64,000 bases of DNA, from the IMG/VR virus record IMGVR_UViG_3300030099_006995, positions 2,581-66,580 of that record; one strand, written 5' to 3'. This DNA comes from a virus. Shown here one piece after another: positions 1 to 9,193 of this stretch (positions within the stretch are counted from its first letter, which is position 1; each line of letters begins with the position of its first letter). The notes below the pieces were generated by a model. That model did no database searches. It was not told the DNA's origin and worked only from the letters and a program-made list of their open reading frames with translations. The position numbers were made by a program, and so were the translations under genes.

Positions 1-1
1 A

Positions 2-214
2 GGATCTCTGGTGATGGCCCACGGCTGCCTTGAGCAGAAGAACAACCGTGATGGCAATCCCTACGTGGAGATCAAGTGCCGGACCGTAAAGGTCCACAGC
101 AAGGGCAAAGGCAGTGCCCCCAACCCTGCCCAGGGGACCAGCGCGGCTGGTTACGACCAAGAGGACTTTGAGTCTTCCAATGACAACGACATGCCCTTCG
201 ACTGGAGTAACTGA
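2..214 (+). CDS. ssb: single-stranded DNA-binding protein, 3' part (5' end outside window)
   Basis: Frame open from window edge; GSLVMAHGCLEQ resembles the SSB OB-fold GxxVxVxGxL strand; acidic tail ending DNDMPF. Confidence 0.7.
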   Translation, partial: GSLVMAHGCLEQKNNRDGNPYVEIKCRTVKVHSKGKGSAPNPAQGTSAAGYDQEDFESSNDNDMPFDWSN

Positions 215-942
215 TGGGTTTCTTCCCTCCTGACTACAAACCTGCATCCGGAGAATCCAGTGGATCTAAATCGGAGCCAAACCCCAAGTACTGGGAATTC
301 AGCAGCAAGCACCTGGGTGACGGGGAAACTATTTCCTTCCGTCCCTGCGGCCTCTTCGATACAGGTCACGTGGTCACTGGATACCAGTACTTCACCATGG
401 AAGGTCGTATTCGGCGATTCCCTAAGTACCCCAAGGAATTCGCAGAAGACATCGGGCTGACCTGGGCAGCCAAGAATGCCAAAGGCGAGGAGCTCGAGAA
501 GCTCGAGGCCGAGGGTAAGGCCAAAGACCGGCCGAAGTTTTTCATGTCCTTCGTGAATTACTTCCCTGATCGCAAGGACTTTGTCTGCGTCACCGTCACT
601 CAGAAAAAGGTGCGCGAACAGATCGAGGCAATCCTGGACATGGAGGACTACTTCTTCATGGAGTCTGGCGTGGCCAACTTCACAGTCACCGTGAAGCGGA
701 AGGGTTCAGGCACTGACACCGCCTGGACCGTCACCCCCACCCTTAAAAAGCCAACTGCAGCTTTTGAGGAGAAGTGGAATCAAGCCAAAGACGGCGTTTG
801 GCTGCCTGCTTTGTACGAGGGGGCCGATCCATTTGCAGGTAAGCCCGCAGAATCCAAGATCGAAGGCCTACCTCCCACCAAGCGTGATGAGCTTGGAGCT
901 GACAAAGAGCTCGCCGTGGCGGGCGTTGGTGAAGATTGGTAG
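214..942 (+). CDS. putative gp32-like ssDNA-binding/annealing protein
   Basis: 242 aa ORF coupled to ssb (TGATG); VKRKGSGTDTAWTVTP and LYEGADPF resemble phage gp32-like proteins; acidic C-terminus. Confidence 0.5.
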   Translation: MGFFPPDYKPASGESSGSKSEPNPKYWEFSSKHLGDGETISFRPCGLFDTGHVVTGYQYFTMEGRIRRFPKYPKEFAEDIGLTWAAKNAKGEELEKLEAEGKAKDRPKFFMSFVNYFPDRKDFVCVTVTQKKVREQIEAILDMEDYFFMESGVANFTVTVKRKGSGTDTAWTVTPTLKKPTAAFEEKWNQAKDGVWLPALYEGADPFAGKPAESKIEGLPPTKRDELGADKELAVAGVGEDW

Positions 943-964
943 AGATCTCCACACATATCGGTAT

Positions 965-993
965 AAACGCCCCTCCTAGTAGGGGCGTTTTTT
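965..993 (+). terminator. intrinsic terminator
   Basis: AAACGCCCCT-cctagt-AGGGGCGTTT followed by T run, just after the 214..942 stop. Confidence 0.85.
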
Positions 994-1030
994 GTCTGAT
1001 GTAGTGTTGTCTCCGTCACGCTTGGGGATC

Positions 1031-1474
1031 ATGTCAGGCAGGACTGAACGAGTCCAAGTCAAGATGAGCCCCGAGTGCAAGGCAGTCTTGAAGTCTTACG
1101 CAGAGTGCTATGGCCTAACCATGGGTGAAACCATGTACCGATTTACAAGGCTCGTGCTCCACAGGCAGGCGAACTTCAGCGACTTCATCGAAGCCCAAAT
1201 GGAGCTCAACGGCATCAGGATTGAGGGAGGATCCGACAAGCCCTGCTACGGATGCTTATGCAACAACTGCCAGATGCAGACAGCCTGCAGGACCCGTGTC
1301 TACAAGGGTGTCATCCAATTCAAAGAACACCTTAAGCGCTTCGTGAAGCCGAATGGCGTCGAGCTCATCCATCAAATCCAGAGGGAAGCAGGGCAACCTT
1401 GTCAAGACTTCCCGCAGAAGTTGAAACAAAACTCAGTTGTAAAAACAGCTGTAACAACCCGTGCGCCACGCTAA
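1031..1474 (+). CDS. hypothetical protein with ribbon-helix-helix-like N-terminus and Cys cluster
   Basis: ERVQVKMSPECKAVLKSYAE resembles RHH; CYGCLCNNC-x4-C cluster. Confidence 0.5.
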   Translation: MSGRTERVQVKMSPECKAVLKSYAECYGLTMGETMYRFTRLVLHRQANFSDFIEAQMELNGIRIEGGSDKPCYGCLCNNCQMQTACRTRVYKGVIQFKEHLKRFVKPNGVELIHQIQREAGQPCQDFPQKLKQNSVVKTAVTTRAPR

Positions 1475-1519
1475 ACGAAGGGTCCAGCGGGCCTAGATTG
1501 CTCGCAATCGCAAGATAAA

Positions 1520-1807
1520 TCACTCTGACGACATGTCGCCCATCAGATGATCTCTGATATCTGAAGCGACCTTTGTCCAATCCTGACCTGACGCAGTCGT
1601 CAGATTTCTTGCCGCCTCCCTGGCTAGATATCGAATGCTCGCAGGCTGCAAGACCATTGCCTGCTTGGCGAGAAGCAGTACGAGCTCTTTGAGCTCAGAT
1701 ACTGAATCGAGCTTCTCGACCCCTCTTTTGAAATCTTCGTACCTTAGCTGTTCTCCGATCGTTGGCTCCAGCAAGTTTTCATTTTCCACCTCTGGATGTT
1801 CTTTCAT
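1520..1807 (-). CDS. hypothetical protein, possible divergent NblA-like
   Basis: EPTIGEQLRYEDFKRGVEKLDSVSELKELVLLLAKQ loosely matches NblA L-S/T-x-EQ-x-F...Q pattern. Confidence 0.4.
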   Translation of the reverse strand: MKEHPEVENENLLEPTIGEQLRYEDFKRGVEKLDSVSELKELVLLLAKQAMVLQPASIRYLAREAARNLTTASGQDWTKVASDIRDHLMGDMSSE

Positions 1808-1848
1808 ACCCACACCTACCTGATACAACGGTAGCCATCGAGAGACTC

Positions 1849-2031
1849 ATGATTGAAACAGAGGCTCTACAGTTCCGTACTGAGCAAGGGATCACCTATG
1901 TGGTCCACTGTGATCATCCTGAATGCTGTGATGACCTAGAGCTTTTAAAAAGAGAACTAGGCATTAGCGATATCAAATCTGCTCGATACATTGAGGACAA
2001 CGCGAGACGTATCCTCCTCGTTGAAGCCTGA
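1849..2031 (+). CDS. hypothetical protein
   Basis: ATG ORF, first of a closely spaced run of small genes. Confidence 0.5.
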   Translation: MIETEALQFRTEQGITYVVHCDHPECCDDLELLKRELGISDIKSARYIEDNARRILLVEA

Positions 2032-2038
2032 CCTACAC

Positions 2039-2230
2039 ATGCTTCTCAGCGCGCTAAGCCAAGCCGAGACAAAGGCTGACGTTCGCATGCTGCTGAATGA
2101 ATATGGGTATGAGCCAGTCAATGATGCCTGGGGGAAACTCGACGATCTGACCAGAGCGTCGCTGTCTCTCGTCAAAGGCTTTGACGGGCAAGTACTTCAT
2201 GACATTGGATCAGAATCTGACTCTGTTTGA
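2039..2230 (+). CDS. hypothetical protein
   Basis: ATG ORF overlapping next gene. Confidence 0.5.
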   Translation: MLLSALSQAETKADVRMLLNEYGYEPVNDAWGKLDDLTRASLSLVKGFDGQVLHDIGSESDSV

Positions 2231-2630
2231 GAACAGCAAGAACATCCTTGCCGAGCTGAAGAACACCAATATCGCCCTCCGGCAGATGGTGATTTACCAG
2301 CAGCAAACTACTGAGCAACTGCGCTACATCAACGAACTTCTCGACGGATTTACCAATGGAGGCGCTTCTCTCAACGGTTACATCCCAGATGCTTTCGTCC
2401 AAGCATATGTTTCTGTGGTTAGCCCTGTCCTTGCTAAGCGCCTGGGCGACGAAAGCGTTGACCTCGAAGAGCTAATGAAAGGAGCAACGCTTTTAGCTAG
2501 ACGACTACTAGAAGAACTAAGTGCTTACCGCTCTGAACAAGAAGCGAAAGACATCCTCTCTGAAGTGATGGCCCACGTCGATGACCCCTGGGATCGACCA
2601 GATAATTCACCATCTGAGCTAGATCCCTGA
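2199..2630 (+). CDS. hypothetical protein (helical)
   Basis: 143 aa ORF from ATG 2199. Confidence 0.6.
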   Translation: MTLDQNLTLFENSKNILAELKNTNIALRQMVIYQQQTTEQLRYINELLDGFTNGGASLNGYIPDAFVQAYVSVVSPVLAKRLGDESVDLEELMKGATLLARRLLEELSAYRSEQEAKDILSEVMAHVDDPWDRPDNSPSELDP

Positions 2631-2682
2631 GAGAATCCAAAGAGTACTGGCGCCACTGAACGACCATACTTACGCTTTGAAA

Positions 2683-2957
2683 GCCATAGCGTTCAGGAGA
2701 ACCAAGGACTCCTCTCTTACCTCCCTGGTGAAGCACAGCCACTGCTCGGCTCAAGCGGTGGACGACCGTAGTTGGAAGAGCTACTGGCGGCAGGTTTACC
2801 CTTTTACCCCCTGCCACCCTCTGTGCCTATCCCGTGAAAGGGTCCCGTTGAGGACGATCGTTGAAGCCAGGCTCTTCATGGCCAGATTGGGCGATCAGCA
2901 AGGAAGAACGAACGCTATCTCTTTTACCTGGTGCTCCCCACACCAGGTATTTTTTTC
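2683..2957 (+). ncRNA. candidate multi-stem pseudoknotted ncRNA
   Basis: 9-bp closing stem 2686-2694/2910-2918, nested hairpins, 10-bp pseudoknot 2798-2807/2834-2843, TACGCT -10 at 2671 and a terminator downstream. Confidence 0.6.
2925..2957 (+). terminator. intrinsic terminator
   Basis: TACCTGGTG-ctcccca-CACCAGGTA followed by TTTTTTT. Confidence 0.8.
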
Positions 2958-3009
2958 TGCGCAACGGTGCTTTAATTAGTCGTTACATTTCTGGAAATGT
3001 CTTCTATGA

Positions 3010-3771
3010 ATGACAGAGCCCACCCGATTTGAAATTGACGGGGCTCGTCACTACACCACTGATATTCCTGGAAAAGCATACCCCTCGGTCACCACAATCC
3101 TGGGCAAGACCGCATCTGAGCACGCCAAAAAGATGCTCAATAACTGGAATCTCAAGAATCCAGGAGGTAAAGAGAAAGCAGCCGCCAGGGGCACTGCTAT
3201 CCACCAGGCATGCGAGGACTACATCCGTGGCCTGCCGATCAACCTGCCTGATGACTATCTGCCATTCTGGCGTGGCTTAAGTCAACACCTCGATCGATAC
3301 GATTACTTTGTGTGGTCAGAAAAGCCACTGCGACCAGAGTGGAACTACTGCACAGGTAAAGACGGTATCTCCAGGGTCTGGTCACACAAGTATCACTTTT
3401 GTGGCTGCCCTGACCTAATCGGTGTTCGAGGTGGCGTCGTGATCCTTGCGGACTTTAAAACTTCGAATCAACCGTATTGTCGATACTTTCCGACCAAGCA
3501 AGACAGGAGCAACTTCACAGGCTGGAGCAAGCTCAACAAATGTGGGACACAGCTCGGTGCTTACGCCCTAGCCGTAGAGGAGACCCTTGGCCTACAAGTG
3601 GACGCTGCGCAGATCCTGGTTTCAACTCCTGAGATTGATCAAAGCTTCATCCTTCATGGCGATGAACTTAGTCGTTTCCAAACGAAATGGCTTCAAAAGG
3701 TTCGTCGCTATGAAGAGCTCAAAGAGCTCGAACACCAAGACCAACTCGAAAAGGAGGAAGCAGCTCAATGA
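3010..3771 (+). CDS. PD-(D/E)XK superfamily exonuclease
   Basis: YPSVTTIL, RGTAIH, GCPDLI, ADFKTS and QLGAYALA motifs. Confidence 0.85.
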   Translation: MTEPTRFEIDGARHYTTDIPGKAYPSVTTILGKTASEHAKKMLNNWNLKNPGGKEKAAARGTAIHQACEDYIRGLPINLPDDYLPFWRGLSQHLDRYDYFVWSEKPLRPEWNYCTGKDGISRVWSHKYHFCGCPDLIGVRGGVVILADFKTSNQPYCRYFPTKQDRSNFTGWSKLNKCGTQLGAYALAVEETLGLQVDAAQILVSTPEIDQSFILHGDELSRFQTKWLQKVRRYEELKELEHQDQLEKEEAAQ

Positions 3772-3989
3772 AAATGGATCCCCTGTCTCCCGAAGAAGTC
3801 AATGCAGCAGCAGACTTGTTCTTCGAAACGTTCAACATCATTGACTCACGCATGCCAAAGGGCAGCAGCGTTGAAGACACCATCAAGATCATGGAGCAGG
3901 TCAACAAGGTTGCAAGCAAGTTGCGGAGTGACAAAGAGAAAGAAGAGCGCGATATGCGCCTGGGTTTCTGGAAGGAAGGCACTTTTTAG
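3768..3989 (+). CDS. hypothetical protein
   Basis: ATGA overlap with the exonuclease gene. Confidence 0.6.
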   Translation: MKMDPLSPEEVNAAADLFFETFNIIDSRMPKGSSVEDTIKIMEQVNKVASKLRSDKEKEERDMRLGFWKEGTF

Positions 3990-4015
3990 AATGACTTTTA
4001 TTTAGTAGCGATAAC

Positions 4016-4771
4016 GTGCCGGATTTCAAGCACCCAGTCGTATACGACCCCCGCACTGGAAAGCTTTTTAGCGATCCTCGACTTGGCGTACTCGACGAGA
4101 TCGTGATCAGCTCCGGGGGTGCCGTAACAAGCGTCGAAGGGCGAACCGGCGCCGTCCTTATTTCTGCTGACGACGTTGGCCTGGGCAGCGTTGACAACAC
4201 ATCTGATCTGGCCAAGCCAGTTTCCAATGCCACCCAGGCAGCAATCAACTCAGCAGTTGCTGGAATCTCTTCCGGTGTCACGTCAATCGGTGGTCAAACT
4301 GGTGATGTCACTCTCGGGGACATCAATCTTGACAATGTTGATAACACCTCTGATGCAGACAAGCCCGTCTCGACGGCACAACAGACTGCGCTTGATCTGA
4401 AGGCTGATGCCTCAGCATTGGCAGCAAAAGCCGACGCCTCGGATCTCAACACCATCGAGTGGACGCTCACTGCAAACGGGAGCAGTGATTACATCTTTGC
4501 GGGGCCAGGTTTCACAGGCACCGTCACTGACCCCACTCTTTATGTGATGCGTGGTCATACTTACAAGTTCACTAACAATATGAATGCTCATCCTTTCCGG
4601 ATTCAGAGCACGACAGGAACCAGTGGCACTCCTTACAACGACGGCATCACAAACAACGCCGTGAGTAATGGCACGCTGGTATGGACAGTGCAAATGAATG
4701 CACCATCAACTTTGTATTACCAGTGCACTGCACATGCTGCGATGAACGGCACGATCAACGTGCTGGCCTAA
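4016..4771 (+). CDS. fibre-repeat protein with C-terminal cupredoxin-like domain
   Basis: Two copies of VTS..G.TG.V.....LxxVDNTSD..KPVS; HPF...YYQCTAHAAMNGTINV carries type-1 Cu ligands. Confidence 0.7.
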   Translation: MPDFKHPVVYDPRTGKLFSDPRLGVLDEIVISSGGAVTSVEGRTGAVLISADDVGLGSVDNTSDLAKPVSNATQAAINSAVAGISSGVTSIGGQTGDVTLGDINLDNVDNTSDADKPVSTAQQTALDLKADASALAAKADASDLNTIEWTLTANGSSDYIFAGPGFTGTVTDPTLYVMRGHTYKFTNNMNAHPFRIQSTTGTSGTPYNDGITNNAVSNGTLVWTVQMNAPSTLYYQCTAHAAMNGTINVLA

Positions 4772-5556
4772 GCAGCCACAGGCTCGTTGACAGGACTATC
4801 AGATTCAAAGCAAATTCTGCAGATGCAATCAAGAGGCTCACAGCCTTTTAACTCGTCAATCTGCGACATAGCCGTCGTAATAGGGCAAGGACTTTCGTAT
4901 CTACCCTCGAATTGCTCACGAGCTGCAGTTAGCTCAGCACCGTTAAGGACTCTGCTGCCGTTGCAAATGTCGTAGCAGAGGTCCATCTCATCTTCGGTGA
5001 GATCACCGAGAGCCTCAAGCTGTACTTCGACCATCTTCCAAGCACCACGAAGGCTCTTACCAACTTCAGTACTTAGCAACTTCAAGCAGTCATGTGAGTA
5101 GCTGCAGAATTCCTCAGCCTCCTCATCGGTGTAACCGCCCCAGGTCGGCTTATCCATCACATTGGCCACCTCTGCAGTTCCAGGCACAATGCTCAATTCA
5201 CGCATTGTGCCGTACTTCATCGCTTCAAGCAGTGCAGGCAGATCTGACTGACCAGCGGACGATCGGATCCAACTAGCTACGTCATCAATAGTCAAACTTG
5301 ACCGGTACTCACCTGTCTCGTAGTAATCAAGGAGAGTATTGGTAGTAACTCCCAGAGACTCCGCCAGTTTCCGAATTTTGGAAACGCCAACATTTCTTGG
5401 GTCTACAGAACCACGGAGATACTTCGTGAGAGTTCCAATAGTGATTCCGAGCTTGGCACACAGCTCACGCTGCGAGAGCTTGTTGGCCGCCAGTGCCTGA
5501 TGCAGTGATTGCACAAATCTCTGCGTCGACAGATCTGGGGAAGGTACCTCGGTCAT
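4768..5556 (-). CDS. XRE-family HTH transcriptional regulator (repressor candidate)
   Basis: LSQRELCAKLGITIGTLTKYLRG...IRKLAESLGV; divergent from the primase gene. Confidence 0.8.
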   Translation of the reverse strand: MTEVPSPDLSTQRFVQSLHQALAANKLSQRELCAKLGITIGTLTKYLRGSVDPRNVGVSKIRKLAESLGVTTNTLLDYYETGEYRSSLTIDDVASWIRSSAGQSDLPALLEAMKYGTMRELSIVPGTAEVANVMDKPTWGGYTDEEAEEFCSYSHDCLKLLSTEVGKSLRGAWKMVEVQLEALGDLTEDEMDLCYDICNGSRVLNGAELTAAREQFEGRYESPCPITTAMSQIDELKGCEPLDCICRICFESDSPVNEPVAA

Positions 5557-5945
5557 GTTCTCGATTCGAAATGAAGGTTCGGATTCATGAAACGGCGGGG
5601 GTGCCGCTGGGCGAGGGGACGCTTGCGCTGAACAGTAATCGGCAGGCAGGCCTATGACCGTGTCTGTCGCAACTTCTACAGAATTGACAACACCAGATCA
5701 CACACCTGTGTGGCAAGAATCCTCCAGACCCGAAGCGCCGCAGCGGATCCGGGCGATTTGAAGCGATTACAAAATAAATAATATGACTCTTTGGTGCACA
5801 CCGCAAGTAGTAATTCGCACGCCGGTCGACGCCTTTTGTGCATGAACTAGCAATGATTCTCATTACCAGTCGTGACGAGCGCCCCAAAGCCCTGCACGCT
5901 TGGAAAGGCTCGCCACAATGATGCATGTCGTGTCATGCAATCTGA

Positions 5946-8417
5946 GTGACAGAAGTTAAAACGACCATCTCGTTCATGGTCCATCCGACCATCAGGAACA
6001 AGCCGGACGTCTTTCAACCTGAATTTTCCAGAGACTGGGCAGAGGTCATAGGCCCACTCGAGGAGCTCAAGCACCACGTCAGTAACGGTGGTGCCTTCAT
6101 CGGCTCCCGCATGACAAGCGGCCACAGGTCAAGCAGCGCCTTCGATTTCGCCGATCTTGCTGTCGTTGATATTGACCATGGCCTAACGATCCAAGAATTC
6201 CTGCAGCACCCGCTCGCAGAGCACGCTGCCTGGGCTTACACGACTACAAGCCACGGAGCTAAGGGAGATCGCTACCGCGTGATCTTCCAACTGCCTCATC
6301 GGGTCACCAACCCAGACATCTTTAAGAGTGTCGTGACACTCCTAAGCAGGTCTCTGGGCGGCGATAAAGCCTGCACCGACAGCTGCCGCCTCTTCTACGG
6401 CAATGATGCTGCAAATCATTTTGTCTGGAACCCGGACAAACGTCTACCTATATCAATCCTGGATGACGCCGAAGACGAGGCCAGGAGTCAACGCCGACGA
6501 GAGTCCGTCCGCACTGACAGCTTTGATGAGCACTCCATCGAGCAGGCGATCTTCGTTCTAGAGAACGTGATCGAGCCAACCAGAGACGGAGACCGCGAAC
6601 GATTCACTCGTATCACCTCTGCAGCACGCTCTGCTGGTGAGCGGTTGTTCCCCCACTGGTCTGACTGGGCATCCCGTGGCCACCACGGCAAAGGCAAGAA
6701 CCGGCGTCAAACCACCGAGCGTTTCTTCTACGGCTTCAGCGGTTCAAGCTTGGCCACTCTCTTCTTCATGGCATCCGAGGAAGACCCGGAATGGAGAAGC
6801 AAGCTCCCACCAGAGATCCGATCACAGGGAACCGGCAGCATGTTCGGCAATGTCGGCAGCGCTGTTGGCTACGACTGGGAAGACTTCCTGGGTGACCCAG
6901 ACGACTTCACCGAAACAGACAGCAGCAACACCCAAAGCCTGTTCGACGCCGATAGGCCCTGGACACAGCTGGCCCAGGTCGAGCGTCCTGCTCAAGCCGA
7001 ACCTGATTACGACGATGACGACCTCGAGGTCATCGAGCGTGACGGTGAAGATCCTTTCGAGGATGACTACGACGAGCAAGAAGTCGCCGATGTTCCACGG
7101 GTCCGAGCAAACGGTCGACGCCGTGCCGATGCCGAGATTCAGCTAGTCGTCGATATCAAGAACCGACTGCAACGCCTTTATCCAGGACTTCGCCAGAACT
7201 CCATGACCCAGGCATTGGAGTACGGACCGGTCGGCAAGCCGATTCCCGTGGACGACGTGTCAACTTCTTACGTGCGAATTTCAGCGGGAGCTGGTCAGGT
7301 CTACCCCAAGACCCTGGTCTACGACGTCGCTTTGATCGTCGGCAGGGAGCACGCGTACCACCCAGTCAAGGCTTACCTCGAGAAATGTGCAGCAGAGGCA
7401 AAGCCCTGCTCCTACTTCGACACCCTGGCCACTGAACTGCTGGGCGTGAAAGAAGACACCATGACTGACGTCAAGATGCCGGACGGAAGCCGGCTCTGCG
7501 ATGTCGTCATGAAGCGGTTCCTAGTAGGAGCCGTCGCTCGAGTGCTTGATCCTGGTTGCGTCCATGACTGGATGCCCATCCTTATTGGTGGCCAGAACGC
7601 TGGTAAGTCCACCTTCTATCAGTACCTAACTCCTCCATCGCCTGAATCTCCTGGCTATTACCCCTGGGTCAGCACCGTCCAGCAAGGCATCAACTACATC
7701 AAGGACCGGCCGCACGTCCTCCACTCGGGATGGATTGCAGTTCTGGATGAGTGTGACCGTTACTTCAAGCGGCAGTTCGTCGAGGAGTTCAAGAACATCG
7801 TCTCTGTCGGCACCGACCGCTCCGCCAAGAAGTACGAGAACGAACGTGACTTCCGTCGTTCCTTTGTTCTCGCGGGTGCCACCAACTCAGACGAGTTCCT
7901 GGTTGACCCAACCGGCAACCGTCGCTTCATGCCCATCGTTGTCGATGGCGTGGTCCCCAGCAAGGACGACCCCAACATCAAGATCATCGACCTGGACCGC
8001 CTGAAGCAAGACCGCGACTCCATCTGGGCTGCTGCCTACAAGGCTTATCTCGATAACCCAGTCCACACGTTCACCAGCTTCGAGCTCAGCCACATGAGCG
8101 AGTACATGGAGAACTTCCAGCAGGAGTCGCCACTCGAGTACATCGTGCTGAACAAGTTCCAGGAGAAGATCTCCGGCGAGCACCGCTTCCCCGATAAAGG
8201 CAATCGCAAGTACTGGCTGATGGCTGACATCTTCGAGTGGCTTGAGATCGCACCTCGTGACGAACGGTCCATGACCAGACAAATCGCTGACCTTCTCAAG
8301 CGTCGAGGCTTTTACCGACGTCGCGTTCGCAAGAACAATCGGATCATGAACATGTGGGTTACAGACGATCCAGCGTTCGATCAGAACGCCAGAGAGCTGT
8401 CCCGAAACTGGAACTGA
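5946..8417 (+). CDS. primase with PriCT-like domain fused to VapE/VirE-type helicase
   Basis: VVDID, YTTTSH, RYRVIF, D..RLFYG primase motifs; Walker A GGQNAGKST; LDE; DPTGNRRF. Confidence 0.85.
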   Translation: MTEVKTTISFMVHPTIRNKPDVFQPEFSRDWAEVIGPLEELKHHVSNGGAFIGSRMTSGHRSSSAFDFADLAVVDIDHGLTIQEFLQHPLAEHAAWAYTTTSHGAKGDRYRVIFQLPHRVTNPDIFKSVVTLLSRSLGGDKACTDSCRLFYGNDAANHFVWNPDKRLPISILDDAEDEARSQRRRESVRTDSFDEHSIEQAIFVLENVIEPTRDGDRERFTRITSAARSAGERLFPHWSDWASRGHHGKGKNRRQTTERFFYGFSGSSLATLFFMASEEDPEWRSKLPPEIRSQGTGSMFGNVGSAVGYDWEDFLGDPDDFTETDSSNTQSLFDADRPWTQLAQVERPAQAEPDYDDDDLEVIERDGEDPFEDDYDEQEVADVPRVRANGRRRADAEIQLVVDIKNRLQRLYPGLRQNSMTQALEYGPVGKPIPVDDVSTSYVRISAGAGQVYPKTLVYDVALIVGREHAYHPVKAYLEKCAAEAKPCSYFDTLATELLGVKEDTMTDVKMPDGSRLCDVVMKRFLVGAVARVLDPGCVHDWMPILIGGQNAGKSTFYQYLTPPSPESPGYYPWVSTVQQGINYIKDRPHVLHSGWIAVLDECDRYFKRQFVEEFKNIVSVGTDRSAKKYENERDFRRSFVLAGATNSDEFLVDPTGNRRFMPIVVDGVVPSKDDPNIKIIDLDRLKQDRDSIWAAAYKAYLDNPVHTFTSFELSHMSEYMENFQQESPLEYIVLNKFQEKISGEHRFPDKGNRKYWLMADIFEWLEIAPRDERSMTRQIADLLKRRGFYRRRVRKNNRIMNMWVTDDPAFDQNARELSRNWN

Positions 8418-8442
8418 GAGACGCGACTCATCTGAGACTCTT

Positions 8443-8475
8443 GCCATTCCCAGTCAGGGAGTGGCTTTTTTATTT
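8443..8475 (+). terminator. intrinsic terminator
   Basis: GCCATTCCC-agtca-GGGAGTGGC followed by T run after the primase stop. Confidence 0.75.
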
Positions 8476-8489
8476 GCCCATCACTGCCG

Positions 8490-8792
8490 CTAAGTGGTCA
8501 CGTCACTGTCTTAGCCCAGTCACTTCAATGAGTCTCACCAGCAGTGTGCTGAGCGACGTGTGCCCCTTAACCTCTGTGGGTTAAAAACATGGCCTCTGGT
8601 CCCGAAAAAACCCTTCCCCTGCTGTCTGATTTATCTTCTAGACTGCATGCCATCAGGGTTTTTTCTTGGTTGGGCCTTAAACCAAGAAAGGGGGAAAATA
8701 ACTCCACAGAGGTTATAGGGAACGCGTATCAGCGCGTCACTGCCTGAGATCTATTCCAGCGCAATGGAAGTGACCGTGACGTGTCCATTTAG
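8490..8792. repeat. long degenerate inverted repeat, candidate replication origin
   Basis: Arms 8490-8583 and 8699-8792 share TAA(G/A)TGG(T/A)CACGTCAC and TAACCTCTGTGG; inner inverted repeat GAAAAAACCCT/AGGGTTTTTTC. Confidence 0.6.
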
Positions 8793-8863
8793 GGGTGGGG
8801 CTGAGAGTGCTCTGTTCACGTTCAGACATCTTGCGTGACATATCGCTCAGTCCAACTAGCCTG

Positions 8864-9193
8864 GTGTCAACCTCTCAGAACCTAGTGCCTGACAAGGATG
8901 TCGCCGGCTGGTCACAGAACCACCCTCTTTACGCACAAGACAGGGCGCTCGTTGACGAGATCCTTGCTCAGGACAAGCCCAACGACCATGCCATAACAAC
9001 AGCTGGGCGGTTGTTTGTTCGCTACAACGGCTTCCCTGGAGCCAATGACATCAAGGCTGATCTTGATGCCTGCCTCGTTAAGTGGGGCATGGATCACGAC
9101 GGGCTCAACTCTCGCTGCAAAAAGATCTGGTTCAACGGCTACCGCCCTGGCCAGATTGAAGAAGAGCTGTCAGTTGGTTCTGGAGCTAACTGA
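8864..9193 (+). CDS. DUF3288-family cyanobacterial protein
   Basis: QNHPLYAQDR..VD, RLFVRYNGFPGA.DI..DL, WG...LN.R.KKIW..GYRP. Confidence 0.75.
   Translation: MSTSQNLVPDKDVAGWSQNHPLYAQDRALVDEILAQDKPNDHAITTAGRLFVRYNGFPGANDIKADLDACLVKWGMDHDGLNSRCKKIWFNGYRPGQIEEELSVGSGAN

Noticed and set aside
2795-2810. TTTACCC-TTTTACCCC as a telomerase-like template
   Set aside because: No reverse transcriptase in the window, and the loop is explained by pseudoknot pairing with 2834-2843
2677-2979. 100-aa TTG-start ORF across the candidate ncRNA
   Set aside because: No RBS, no recognisable protein features, and it runs through a terminator; RNA structure explains the region better
5684-5720. TTGACA as the primase promoter -35
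   Set aside because: No -10 at 16-18 bp spacing; operator repeats could not be defined in this gap
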